Below are positions 50,709 to 59,316 of a stretch of 64,000 bases of DNA, piece after piece (the first letter of the stretch is position 1; each line of letters starts with the position of its first letter). Under the pieces are notes generated by a model, which made no database searches, was not told the origin of the DNA, and saw only the letters and a list, made by a program, of their open reading frames with translations. The stretch lies in IMG/VR virus record IMGVR_UViG_3300045988_150343, one strand, 5' to 3'. Source of the DNA: a virus. The position numbers and the translations under genes were made by a program.

Positions 50709-51202
50709 AGTTTGAGAGACTTTTCTATGTATTTATCCATTACCGCATGAAGCCCATCTATTAGGGATTCATCATCAAGAAGGACTTCACTAAGTTTTGG
50801 AGCTTTATCAGTTATAAGCTTAGATGCAAGGGCATTAGCCGCCTTGCATACTGCATTGGACTCTTCTGAGAGAGAATCCACCAGAATACCCATTGAATTG
50901 AGCCTATCTTTGAGCTCAAACATACAGTCATAAAGATAGTCTGAAGCAAGGGATACTTTCACCAACATCTTATGGATATTATTCCTTTCTATTTCATCTT
51001 TGGGTAATAGTTCTCTCAGAGTCTTTTTCTCTGAGTAATACCTATCTTCCTCAGTTTTCTGTATTGCTAAGAGCTCAGCCTTGATTTTATTGATCTTAGG
51101 CTGTAACTGCATAGCCTGAACCATTTGATTCTGTCTGAAAAGCTCAGACTGCTTCTTTTTTAGTTCCTCAAATTGTTTAAGGAGTTTTCCGGGTCTAGCC
51201 AT
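50705..51202 (-). CDS. Hypothetical coiled-coil protein
   Basis: A 165-aa helical-looking ORF. No motif recognised. Confidence 0.5.
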   Translation of the reverse strand: MARPGKLLKQFEELKKKQSELFRQNQMVQAMQLQPKINKIKAELLAIQKTEEDRYYSEKKTLRELLPKDEIERNNIHKMLVKVSLASDYLYDCMFELKDRLNSMGILVDSLSEESNAVCKAANALASKLITDKAPKLSEVLLDDESLIDGLHAVMDKYIEKSLKL

Positions 51203-51379
51203 AATTACATAAATTTATAAGAGTTAATTTAATATAGGAGGAGAAAACTCCTCAGAGTAAGAGATAATCATCTCAATGAGTAAATTAGGGGCTTATTAGA
51301 AGAATTATAGAATGAGTTATAGTTCCTGTCTTTTCTGGATTAGGGATTAGGGGATATGCCCCGGGTTTATGCTTAAGTG

Positions 51380-51412
51380 AATACTCTTTTCTCGAAACTC
51401 GAAAAGAGTATT
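51380..51412 (-). terminator. Hairpin after the SF2 helicase gene
   Basis: AATACTCTTTTC (51380-51391) pairs perfectly with GAAAAGAGTATT (51401-51412), 35 nt after the stop at 51447. Confidence 0.65.
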
Positions 51413-51446
51413 ACTCTTTAGTCTATCCAATAGAAAAGGCGTACCT

Positions 51447-52928
51447 TTAATCTCTATCCTTCTTATCTCCATACGTGATACGAATAACTTTAAGTCCCTG
51501 TTCTTGATAATATCTTCTTCTACTTTTACCGTGATTATCCAGGTATTTCCCAGGATAATGAATATCATCCAAATAGGCCTTAGTTTTAGAGGCATGACTT
51601 CTAACTAATCGGCCAAGGAATTGGATGGACTTCTCCTGGGCTTTCATAGACCCAGCATTTATCATAGCTCGGAGTAGGGGGAAGTTTTTACCTCGAGCTA
51701 TGATGGTAGTAGATACCAGGATTTGGATCTTACCCGACCTAAAATCCTGCATTATTCTTTTACGCTCTTTATTGGGAGTTTTAACATGTACACAGGCAAT
51801 ATTATAGGTATCTGCTAGTATTTCTCTAATTAAATCTCTTAGTAGTTCAGCATGTTTAACAAACTTGCATACTACGAGCATAGGGATTCTACCTTGTTCG
51901 GCATTGAAAGATACCCGTTTAAGTATAGGTATAACCGACCATGGGCTCTCTAAGATACACCGGGTATAGATATCTCGATAGGTATTACCTAAGGTACATT
52001 CAGGGTCCCGTACCTTAAGCCATTTACCAATCTCAATCATCTTTACCACAACATTAGTAGAGTAGCCTTTTTTGATGGATTCCTTGAGAGTGAATCGACC
52101 GATTACTTCCCCAAAGAAAGACATAAGGTTCATGTTCTTTACCTTATCCTTAGCCAATTTACTCATGTAAATGGTACCTGATAATCCAATACGGACTCGG
52201 GTATTATATAAATGAGTGAGGACATTCTGATATTGCCTACTTCCCGCTTGGTCGGCTTCATCCACAAACACCATATCTATCTTTGACATCTCATTCTGAT
52301 AGAACTTCATATTACGGGAGAGGGATTGTACCATACCAATATTAAACTGGGTCCAAGGTTTTTTACTTCGGCCTTGAATAAAGGATATGTCTTCTCCTGG
52401 GAGATATTCCTGGAACTCCTCCTTAGCCTGGTTAAGCCAATCGGAGTCGTTGGTAATAAGTAGGGTTTTTAATTCTCTTTTGAAAGATAAGTAAGTAGCC
52501 GCCATAATCAGAGTCTTACCCGCATTTACGGTATAATCTAGTACTCCTATATGGAAAGGTTGATGGTCTATCTGATTAAAGCATATACGTTCTACTGCTT
52601 CTTTTTGCTCGGGTCTAAGAGTAAACTTCCCGACTTTGGTTATTACTTTCTTTACTTTAGGTACAGGCCGTCTCAAATCTATTACTTTCACAGATAAGCC
52701 GTACTCCTTACATTTAGTGAGTACGGCTGGGAGCAGTCCTATCTTAAAGAGTCCGGACTTATTGATGTATTTTATTTTGCCATCCCAATCCTGCATACCT
52801 CTTACCCTTGTTTTAAGGTAGAAAGCTCCCGGGTGTCTGATGGCAAAATCCTGATAAAGTTTTTGCGCATATTTCAGAGGAATGTCCAATTCGCACTGAT
52901 TGCAGTTCTTGATAATTATACTAGCCAT
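51447..52928 (-). CDS. Superfamily-2 DNA helicase (UvsW/ResIII-like)
   Basis: Motif I VNAGKTLI, motif II VFVDEADQ, motif III LSGT, and C-terminal helicase motifs STTIIARGKNFP and QFLGRLVR. Confidence 0.75.
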   Translation of the reverse strand: MASIIIKNCNQCELDIPLKYAQKLYQDFAIRHPGAFYLKTRVRGMQDWDGKIKYINKSGLFKIGLLPAVLTKCKEYGLSVKVIDLRRPVPKVKKVITKVGKFTLRPEQKEAVERICFNQIDHQPFHIGVLDYTVNAGKTLIMAATYLSFKRELKTLLITNDSDWLNQAKEEFQEYLPGEDISFIQGRSKKPWTQFNIGMVQSLSRNMKFYQNEMSKIDMVFVDEADQAGSRQYQNVLTHLYNTRVRIGLSGTIYMSKLAKDKVKNMNLMSFFGEVIGRFTLKESIKKGYSTNVVVKMIEIGKWLKVRDPECTLGNTYRDIYTRCILESPWSVIPILKRVSFNAEQGRIPMLVVCKFVKHAELLRDLIREILADTYNIACVHVKTPNKERKRIMQDFRSGKIQILVSTTIIARGKNFPLLRAMINAGSMKAQEKSIQFLGRLVRSHASKTKAYLDDIHYPGKYLDNHGKSRRRYYQEQGLKVIRITYGDKKDRD

Positions 52929-52929
52929 T

Positions 52930-53763
52930 TTATTTATTCATTAAATCCCAAATGGAACCCGATACTTTAGGCTCCGAGTGTTGGGCGTTATTACCTTGTT
53001 TATATATATACTTCTGGTACCTATCTATAGCTTTTTGACCATAAAGATTATGAGTTTCTGGTATACCATTACACCAAGCCATAGCTTCGAACTGAGCTTC
53101 TATAAAGTCTTCTCCATCCCAACCCTGGGATTCTAGAAGTTTCCTAAGTTGGATGAAGTCAAGATGTTGTTCTGGGTTCTCCTCGAGGGAACGACTCTCA
53201 ACTATGCCTGTAGCATCTGCAATCTTTCGATGGTAGATAGCATAAAGTCGAGCAGTTTCCCGAGGGTTATTATCATCCCGAGACTCTTGAAGTGAACCGT
53301 AATAGTTGAATACGTTCTCGGACATAGAAATTAGTCGGGGTAACCAGTTTCGGAGATTACGACCCATCCTATTGAAACATATCGTGATATAGGTTATAAA
53401 AGCCTCACGAACATTTTCAAAATTATAGGTCTCTGCAAATTGGTTGCAGATACTTGTGAGCTCCTTACATAAAGTCCAGTCTCTTCGATTGAACTCGGTT
53501 ATCTTTCGGATTCCTCTATGCTTAAGTTTGATACGTACAGCATAGATGATATCAGCGGTTAGCTGAGTATCCCCTTTAGAGGCTAGTAAAACTTTAGAAA
53601 CTTGCTTAGTTACTTTTTTATTCGTAACTGTTATAGCTCTAGTATTTAGAGCACGTTTAGCTGCCTGACTAAAAAAGGCATCCACTGGGAATGCCTTTAT
53701 ATCTAGTCCATCCAGGATTTGGATGAACTGTGATTTGGTTATATGCACACTGGGTTCTCTCAT
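52930..53763 (-). CDS. Hypothetical replication-module protein
   Basis: A 277-aa ORF between the helicase and primase genes. No motif recognised. Confidence 0.55.
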   Translation of the reverse strand: MREPSVHITKSQFIQILDGLDIKAFPVDAFFSQAAKRALNTRAITVTNKKVTKQVSKVLLASKGDTQLTADIIYAVRIKLKHRGIRKITEFNRRDWTLCKELTSICNQFAETYNFENVREAFITYITICFNRMGRNLRNWLPRLISMSENVFNYYGSLQESRDDNNPRETARLYAIYHRKIADATGIVESRSLEENPEQHLDFIQLRKLLESQGWDGEDFIEAQFEAMAWCNGIPETHNLYGQKAIDRYQKYIYKQGNNAQHSEPKVSGSIWDLMNK

Positions 53764-53767
53764 TTTA

Positions 53768-54136
53768 CTAAGTTAATAAGTATATAAGTGCATAGATAAT
53801 CCCTATCCAGAGAAGCAGAATAAGAATATATCTTATGAAATACATGACCTTGTAACCGAGGGAGGCTTCGAGATAAACTATCTCTATCACCTTACCCTCA
53901 TTGTTAGTGAAACGAGCTTTAGGGAAATGCCTGTGTAACTTCCCCTCGAAGTGCCAAGCACAGTTCCGATACTCGTATATTTTATTATAAAACTCTCCCC
54001 AGATATAACCTTTATTAGGATTATTGATTACTTCGGGGATAAAGGCAAAAGCAGGGACTTGTTTGATGTCATATTCCTTATTGCCTGTTTTGTGAACATT
54101 GAATATCATAATTAACCAACTTAGATGATTAAACAT
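53768..54136 (-). CDS. Hypothetical protein with a C-terminal TM anchor
   Basis: C-terminal hydrophobic segment YILILLLWIGIIYALIYLL. Confidence 0.45.
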   Translation of the reverse strand: MFNHLSWLIMIFNVHKTGNKEYDIKQVPAFAFIPEVINNPNKGYIWGEFYNKIYEYRNCAWHFEGKLHRHFPKARFTNNEGKVIEIVYLEASLGYKVMYFIRYILILLLWIGIIYALIYLLT

Positions 54137-54204
54137 AAGAGCATAAGCCTTACGAAAAGGATGCCCTATAAGAACTGATTCTCAAAGGTTTAGCTTTTCA
54201 TTTT

Positions 54205-55155
54205 TCATATCGAGTTTCTTAATTTTATTAAGTCATTGTAATCTTGATAACGAGTAGAGTATACATAGCTAAGAGTTCTAGAACGGCCCAAATCATTTAC
54301 ATCCTTATCGTCGGGGAGAAATACTACCTTAACTTTTTTGTAGGGTGCTAATTTAAGCCCAAGATTAATAGCTTGGGCTTTGGCATCGGAGTCGAGAAGT
54401 ATAATAAAGCGTTCGACGGGACTCTTAATGAGTTCGTTAATTTGATAAGCTGAGACGGCTTTACCCATAGTCGCAATAGCCCTCTCCCCGAGAGTAAGAG
54501 CATTGAGGGCTCCTTCGCATATAAAGAGAGAGTTATATAGACTAAGAGCATCATGGTTATATATGATAAATTCCTTGCCTACCCCAGTAATATCCGTCGT
54601 GGGATTATTATATCTTGGCCCATGGCCGTATACTTGCCGTGCATTATAATACCGAAGTTGGCCACGATAGTAGAAAGGGATAATGAGGTAACCAAAGAAA
54701 TCTCCCGAGTTGCAGTAACCAACTCCGGCTTTAACCATTTGGTCAAGTCGAAACCCTCTCTTAGTAACATATCCTCGTATTGATTGAGAAAGTTGACTGC
54801 TTCCCTGGTTGATAAGTTTGAAACCCTCAGGGAGGTAAAACATTTTTCTTTCACGGAGTTGAACCCTCTCTTCCGTGAAAGTATATTCGGTGTATTCGGC
54901 ATTATCTAGTAGTTTTAGAAGTTCATTATAAGTGTTTAATCCTTCTACATCCATAATAAACTGCGAGGGATTAGAATGATACCCGCACTTGAAGCAATTG
55001 GTCCTATACGTGTTAAGGTTTATGCCAAGCTTTTTTTCCCTCCCACAAAAGGGGCAGACTGGGACCTTAAGCCACCCATTACGGTACTTGTAGGCACCCA
55101 ATCTTTTTACGAAATAGGTATAAAGCTTAGACTTGAAGGAGCTCGTTACTTTCAT
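54205..55155 (-). CDS. dnaG: DnaG-like DNA primase (zinc finger + TOPRIM)
   Basis: Zinc ribbon CPFCGREKKLGINLNTYRTNCFKCGYH. TOPRIM acidic motifs LFICEGALNALTL and IILLDSDAKA, plus DDKDVNDL. Confidence 0.8.
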   Translation of the reverse strand: MKVTSSFKSKLYTYFVKRLGAYKYRNGWLKVPVCPFCGREKKLGINLNTYRTNCFKCGYHSNPSQFIMDVEGLNTYNELLKLLDNAEYTEYTFTEERVQLRERKMFYLPEGFKLINQGSSQLSQSIRGYVTKRGFRLDQMVKAGVGYCNSGDFFGYLIIPFYYRGQLRYYNARQVYGHGPRYNNPTTDITGVGKEFIIYNHDALSLYNSLFICEGALNALTLGERAIATMGKAVSAYQINELIKSPVERFIILLDSDAKAQAINLGLKLAPYKKVKVVFLPDDKDVNDLGRSRTLSYVYSTRYQDYNDLIKLRNSI

Positions 55156-55157
55156 AC

Positions 55158-56600
55158 TTAAATATCTCCATGATTGTCGGGTTTAGGGGTCTTAGACTTT
55201 TTCACTGAAGGGTCACCATCCGATTTACGGATAGCATCTTCTAGTTTTCCGGCATAGACTTGGTCGTAACCCTTACGTTCTTCTCGGGTGAACTCTACTG
55301 CTTTCTGTTGGTCTACATTAACTTTGAATAGTGCCCTTCCAGAAGGTTTACCATCTCGTTGAACTACTAATTCCAGGCGTTGTATACCATCGGCTTCTTC
55401 CTGGGCAGTTGCATTTAAACCAAGAATAACCTGGGCATTACGAACAATTGAAATAGCTCCAGATATATCATTTTCTTGATAACGAGTAGCCCTATGCTTA
55501 CTGCCCTCTCGAGTTATATGGTTAGCGGTCCATATACAATCCAGGTTGAGTTCTTCAGCCATGTCCTGGATATCGATGTATACATTTGAGATACGCTCAA
55601 AATCATCCCGATCTCCTTTGATACTGCCCATCTTAGCAGCATAGTCGATCATTACCACTCGGATATCTATGCCCTTAGCTCTTTGTTCCAGGATTAAATC
55701 CCGAATCTGATTAGCTGTGGTTAACATAGCAGGGAGACGTTGTACTACAAACTCGACTCCCAATCGGGCTAATTTCTTAACGTGTTTTAACTCAGCTTTA
55801 TCGAACAGCCCCGAGTAAACTTCCTTTTTACTCTTACTAATTGAAGCCTGAGTTAATCGGTCCATAATTTGGGCTTTACCATTCTCAAGGTCTACATAAA
55901 GAACCGACTTTTTCATACGAAGATAACCTTTAGCAAGGTTAACCAAGAAGAAGGTTTTCTTTGCCTTGGGTTTATCTAAGAGAACCATAACACTAGCTGC
56001 AGGAAAACCTCCAGCATTGGTAAGTTCATTTAACTGCCAATAAGGACAGGGTATAATATCGGTATCAGTTTGTCTCCTTAATTGTCTATCAATCACGCCT
56101 CGAATGAAATAAAGGGGTTCATCCTTTTTAGCAGGTCGGGAGTTCTGGAGAATAGTGTCGACCTTTTTAGAATATTCAGAATATTGTTCGAAGTTATTAA
56201 GGTCCAAAGAATCGTTCAGATTCTTCATTTCTACATAGGTAGAAAATTGCCATATCTTCTCTTGAATGTATTCAGAGTCCTGAAGGGGTTTACTATATAG
56301 GTCTTTTATAATGGCCTTGATAGTAGGTATGTCCTCCTTAGTTACCAGGTCTACATAATTCTTAGATTGTAACATATCCGAGACTACCTGTTTAAGGACA
56401 TTTTCTGAGGGTATCTTCTTTTTCTTCTTGAAATAAGATAAGATACCCTCTGCAATTATACTGTGCTCAATCAAGGTAAGATAACTTGATTTGATACGGG
56501 ATAAAGCAATGGGTCCTTCAGGGTCCCGGATGATGTATCTAAGTATTTCGAGTTGGAACTCGGGAGTAAACTCGAATTTAATCTTAGGTGGTTTTTTCAT
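55158..56600 (-). CDS. dnaB: DnaB-like replicative helicase
   Basis: The C-terminal RecA-like domain has a degenerate P-loop LDKPKAKKTFFL, the DnaB-type block VVMIDYAAKMG, NHITREGSK and DISGAISIVRNAQVILGL. It lies adjacent to the primase gene. Confidence 0.75.
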   Translation of the reverse strand: MKKPPKIKFEFTPEFQLEILRYIIRDPEGPIALSRIKSSYLTLIEHSIIAEGILSYFKKKKKIPSENVLKQVVSDMLQSKNYVDLVTKEDIPTIKAIIKDLYSKPLQDSEYIQEKIWQFSTYVEMKNLNDSLDLNNFEQYSEYSKKVDTILQNSRPAKKDEPLYFIRGVIDRQLRRQTDTDIIPCPYWQLNELTNAGGFPAASVMVLLDKPKAKKTFFLVNLAKGYLRMKKSVLYVDLENGKAQIMDRLTQASISKSKKEVYSGLFDKAELKHVKKLARLGVEFVVQRLPAMLTTANQIRDLILEQRAKGIDIRVVMIDYAAKMGSIKGDRDDFERISNVYIDIQDMAEELNLDCIWTANHITREGSKHRATRYQENDISGAISIVRNAQVILGLNATAQEEADGIQRLELVVQRDGKPSGRALFKVNVDQQKAVEFTREERKGYDQVYAGKLEDAIRKSDGDPSVKKSKTPKPDNHGDI

Positions 56601-56688
56601 CTTGTTCTGGGTTTAAATTTATATAGTTATAGTGGACTTGTTCTCATGTGTATAGTAGCTCAATCTAGAGGGTGTATCATACTCCTCT

Positions 56689-56736
56689 ACCAGCTCTACT
56701 AAAATTTGGATATATTAAAATAATGTCTTAAATTTG
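56689..56736 (+). promoter_or_regulatory. Bacteroidota-type promoter with ACCAGCTCT element (drives 56777..57433)
   Basis: ACCAGCTCT at 56689-56697, TTTG at 56705-56708, a 20-nt spacer, and TAaaTTTG at 56729-56736. Near-identical to the promoter at 12189..12236. Confidence 0.7.
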
Positions 56737-56776
56737 CATTGTAAAAAATTTAATAAATTTTAATTCAATATTACTA

Positions 56777-57433
56777 ATGAAACCTAAAGAAGAACGAAAC
56801 GGTTCCGAGATACACAGGTTAACTGGAATGCCCGAGAATTATGACCGGGAACTTTTTCAGAGATTATACCGGGTTACTCGCCCAGTAATTAGAAACCTCA
56901 CCAGAACCATTGACCATAGGAGATTTAATGTAACTCCGGATATTATTGCCTCTTACTTTGATGACAAGTTCTTATTTGTCTTCAACAAGTATTATGGTAC
57001 TTGTTCAGAAGAACATTTACAGGCAAATATCTTGAGAGCATTATCCACTTTTAAGAATAAACTTCTCAGAAGTGCTTACGGAGAAAAAGCTGAGTACAAC
57101 CAGAGTTTAACTTCAATGGAAGACTTATTTGATAATAGTAAGGAACTTGAGGATGACTCTGAAGAAGTAGAAGTTAAAGAAGAACACATGAAAATGATTG
57201 AGGATTACATGAGGAAGAATCTATCTCCGGATGCTTTCCTTATCTTCCAATTAACCATGGACCCTCCCGAGGTTTTACTTCCTACGGATGAACGAGGGAA
57301 AAGAATACCCAATATTACTTTTGTGGATTTCTTTGAATTGCCCAGGACCCGGTCCTCAGTTAATTATATTGCAGATCTCCGTAAGGATATAGAATACTGG
57401 ATTCATCAAGCCCAAAAGGAATTAAAATATTAA
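56777..57433 (+). CDS. Possible phage sigma-like/transcription factor
   Basis: YDRELFQRLYRVTRPVIRNLTRTIDHRRFNVTPDIIASYFDDKFLFVFNKY loosely resembles sigma-70/ECF region 2. It has an acidic central linker and a possible C-terminal HTH. It is an isolated plus-strand gene with its own promoter and terminator. Confidence 0.35.
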   Translation: MKPKEERNGSEIHRLTGMPENYDRELFQRLYRVTRPVIRNLTRTIDHRRFNVTPDIIASYFDDKFLFVFNKYYGTCSEEHLQANILRALSTFKNKLLRSAYGEKAEYNQSLTSMEDLFDNSKELEDDSEEVEVKEEHMKMIEDYMRKNLSPDAFLIFQLTMDPPEVLLPTDERGKRIPNITFVDFFELPRTRSSVNYIADLRKDIEYWIHQAQKELKY

Positions 57434-57462
57434 CTCTTTTTCTATCTCTGGTTCATCATGCG

Positions 57463-57494
57463 AAAATGCCCCGGCTTCACAGTCAGGGCATTTT
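57463..57494. terminator. Bidirectional hairpin between convergent genes
   Basis: AAAATGCCC (57463-57471) pairs with GGGCATTTT (57486-57494), flanked by A- and T-runs. It lies between 56777..57433 (+) and 57533..58774 (-). Confidence 0.65.
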
Positions 57495-57532
57495 CTTTGT
57501 TATGAGTAGTCAAAAAGGAATAGTATCTTTTA

Positions 57533-58774
57533 TTATCGTATTCGCATAATATATAGTAAAGTGAAATACTGGGGGAGAGTAGGAACCGGGGTTGGGTTAT
57601 CAGAACCCTCATAGTCAGTATAACTTCCGTTCAGGGCATCTTTATTTACATATAGGGCCATTGCCCAGCTAGTATTAGTTGATGCATTATCACCCTTATT
57701 GTTTCGAAGGTAAGGTATTCCCCCGTGCCTATGTCTAGGCATATGAGCTGTAGTAAGGGTTACCTCATTCTGACCTCCTTTATCTCCGGGCTTAAATCCT
57801 CCGCCTCCACCCCGGATAAACTTACCCGTGAGATCAGGAGTTCCCTGGTTACCATCGCAGATTGCCCAGCCTTCTGGAACCGAAGTACCATACCAAGCGA
57901 TGATACCCCCGATAGGTATAGTCCCAAGAACCTCTTTATCTTTAGTATCTCCTATATCTCCCAAACGATAGTCGATGTAGGCTTTGAGTGAAGTATAGCC
58001 CGTTAGCCCATTTAATACGAAGTCATTCAGATAAGAAAGGACCCTTTTGAGTTTGAAATAGTAGTCCGGGGTAAACGGTAGAGACTGAGGGAATACTCCA
58101 CCGTATGGTACCAAAGCAAAATCTTCGTTGTCGTTGGTATATACATTAGTACCAGTACCATATATACCGATTAGTACTGCCGTATTAGAACTGTTATACC
58201 AGTCTCCAACAGCAGCAATGACTTTTTTCTCAAGGTCTTCAAAGCTTATATGGGAGCTTTGCCAAGGGTCTATGTCCAGACTGGTATTCTCAGTTTTTCC
58301 ATAGTCTTGGTCTATAGACTGTTTCCAGTACTCATAGAAGGATTGCTGAGAAGAGTTCCAATATGCCACAAGAGTAGGCATATTGTTTATGGGTTCCTGA
58401 ACATCTTGGAATACTGCGAATACCAAGACCTCGTTCCAAGCCCCCTTACTACCTCGAATGTTATCAATTACAAGGTTGGGTTGAGTAGAAACCCAAATGT
58501 GTCCGCTTCGGTTAATTAAACCGAAACTGGGTAGAGCACTTTCTCCTCGGAGAGTAACTCTCCTAGCAAGTACTCGGTCATTGATATCCTTATAATAAGG
58601 AGAAGGTTTAGTAGTAGCCAGTTCACCTGGGGAACGGGGTGAAAGGGTTATTGAAGTGTTGGTTACTTGTGCAGAACCAAAGCCCATGAAAGGGCCAAGG
58701 CCAACAGGAAAAGCAATGGCCTCAGCCACTTCCTTACTGCCTATTTGACCTTCGTAAGTAAAGTACGTTTTCAT
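57533..58774 (-). CDS. Tail fibre protein with a phage tail-collar domain
   Basis: GTIPIGGIIAWYGTSVPEGWAICDGNQGTPDLTGKFIRGGG matches the Phage_Tail_Collar pattern G.I......P.GW..CDG....PDL.g.F..G. Confidence 0.75.
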   Translation of the reverse strand: MKTYFTYEGQIGSKEVAEAIAFPVGLGPFMGFGSAQVTNTSITLSPRSPGELATTKPSPYYKDINDRVLARRVTLRGESALPSFGLINRSGHIWVSTQPNLVIDNIRGSKGAWNEVLVFAVFQDVQEPINNMPTLVAYWNSSQQSFYEYWKQSIDQDYGKTENTSLDIDPWQSSHISFEDLEKKVIAAVGDWYNSSNTAVLIGIYGTGTNVYTNDNEDFALVPYGGVFPQSLPFTPDYYFKLKRVLSYLNDFVLNGLTGYTSLKAYIDYRLGDIGDTKDKEVLGTIPIGGIIAWYGTSVPEGWAICDGNQGTPDLTGKFIRGGGGGFKPGDKGGQNEVTLTTAHMPRHRHGGIPYLRNNKGDNASTNTSWAMALYVNKDALNGSYTDYEGSDNPTPVPTLPQYFTLLYIMRIR

Positions 58775-59313
58775 ATCTTTTCTTCTTCTTCGTTAGGATT
58801 AAGTGGTGCTTGTAAATTATCTGTTTCACTTTTGTTGATAGTAATATTCTCTAATTCTCTAAGTTCTCTGACCCGGAGGGTGAGTATTAGCCATAGAACT
58901 TTGAATATTGAGATTTCTTTTTTAGCTCCATGAAGGAAACATATATGTGAATAAATAGAGTCTATCTCAAAGGTGTAACAGAGGATAAGAATGCCTGATG
59001 AAATATATAAAGGGTTAATATCCCAAGGCTGAGCAATAGCCATTGCCAGCGTAGTCCCTAGAACGATATATAGAATATAATCTATAAACTTATTAAAAGT
59101 TCTTCTTCCTGCACTAGAACGTCTAATTTCTAAACCTTTTTTACGGGATACTTGAATACCAAACCATAGGTCGGCTAAGATGAGAGCAAAAGCTGCCAGT
59201 ATAAACCACCGTAGCTCAAATAATACCGAGCCGATTTCTCCTAATAAAGTGGTCATAGAGAGTTTTAGTCCTCGAGATACAGTTTCTGTAATGTGTACTT
59301 CTTCATTCAACAT
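58771..59313 (-). CDS. Multi-TM holin-like membrane protein
   Basis: There are 3-4 TM segments. ILADLWFGIQVSRKKGLEIRRSSAGRRTFNKFIDYILYIVLG resembles the D.itG......k...S..g..G..KK........ block of the TcdE/phage holin_4 family. Confidence 0.4.
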   Translation of the reverse strand: MLNEEVHITETVSRGLKLSMTTLLGEIGSVLFELRWFILAAFALILADLWFGIQVSRKKGLEIRRSSAGRRTFNKFIDYILYIVLGTTLAMAIAQPWDINPLYISSGILILCYTFEIDSIYSHICFLHGAKKEISIFKVLWLILTLRVRELRELENITINKSETDNLQAPLNPNEEEEKI

Positions 59314-59316
59314 AAT

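Noticed and set aside
51347-51595. 82-aa minus-strand ORF overlapping the helicase 3' end
   Set aside because: It is out of frame with the helicase gene and runs through the perfect 12-bp terminator hairpin at 51380..51412.
12189-56736. Could the recurring ~50-bp cassettes be a CRISPR array or MITE-like mobile elements?
   Set aside because: The copies are kilobases apart at irregular spacing and always sit immediately upstream of a gene in the transcribed orientation. They consist of -33/-7 promoter boxes, with no regular repeat-spacer periodicity and no terminal inverted repeats.
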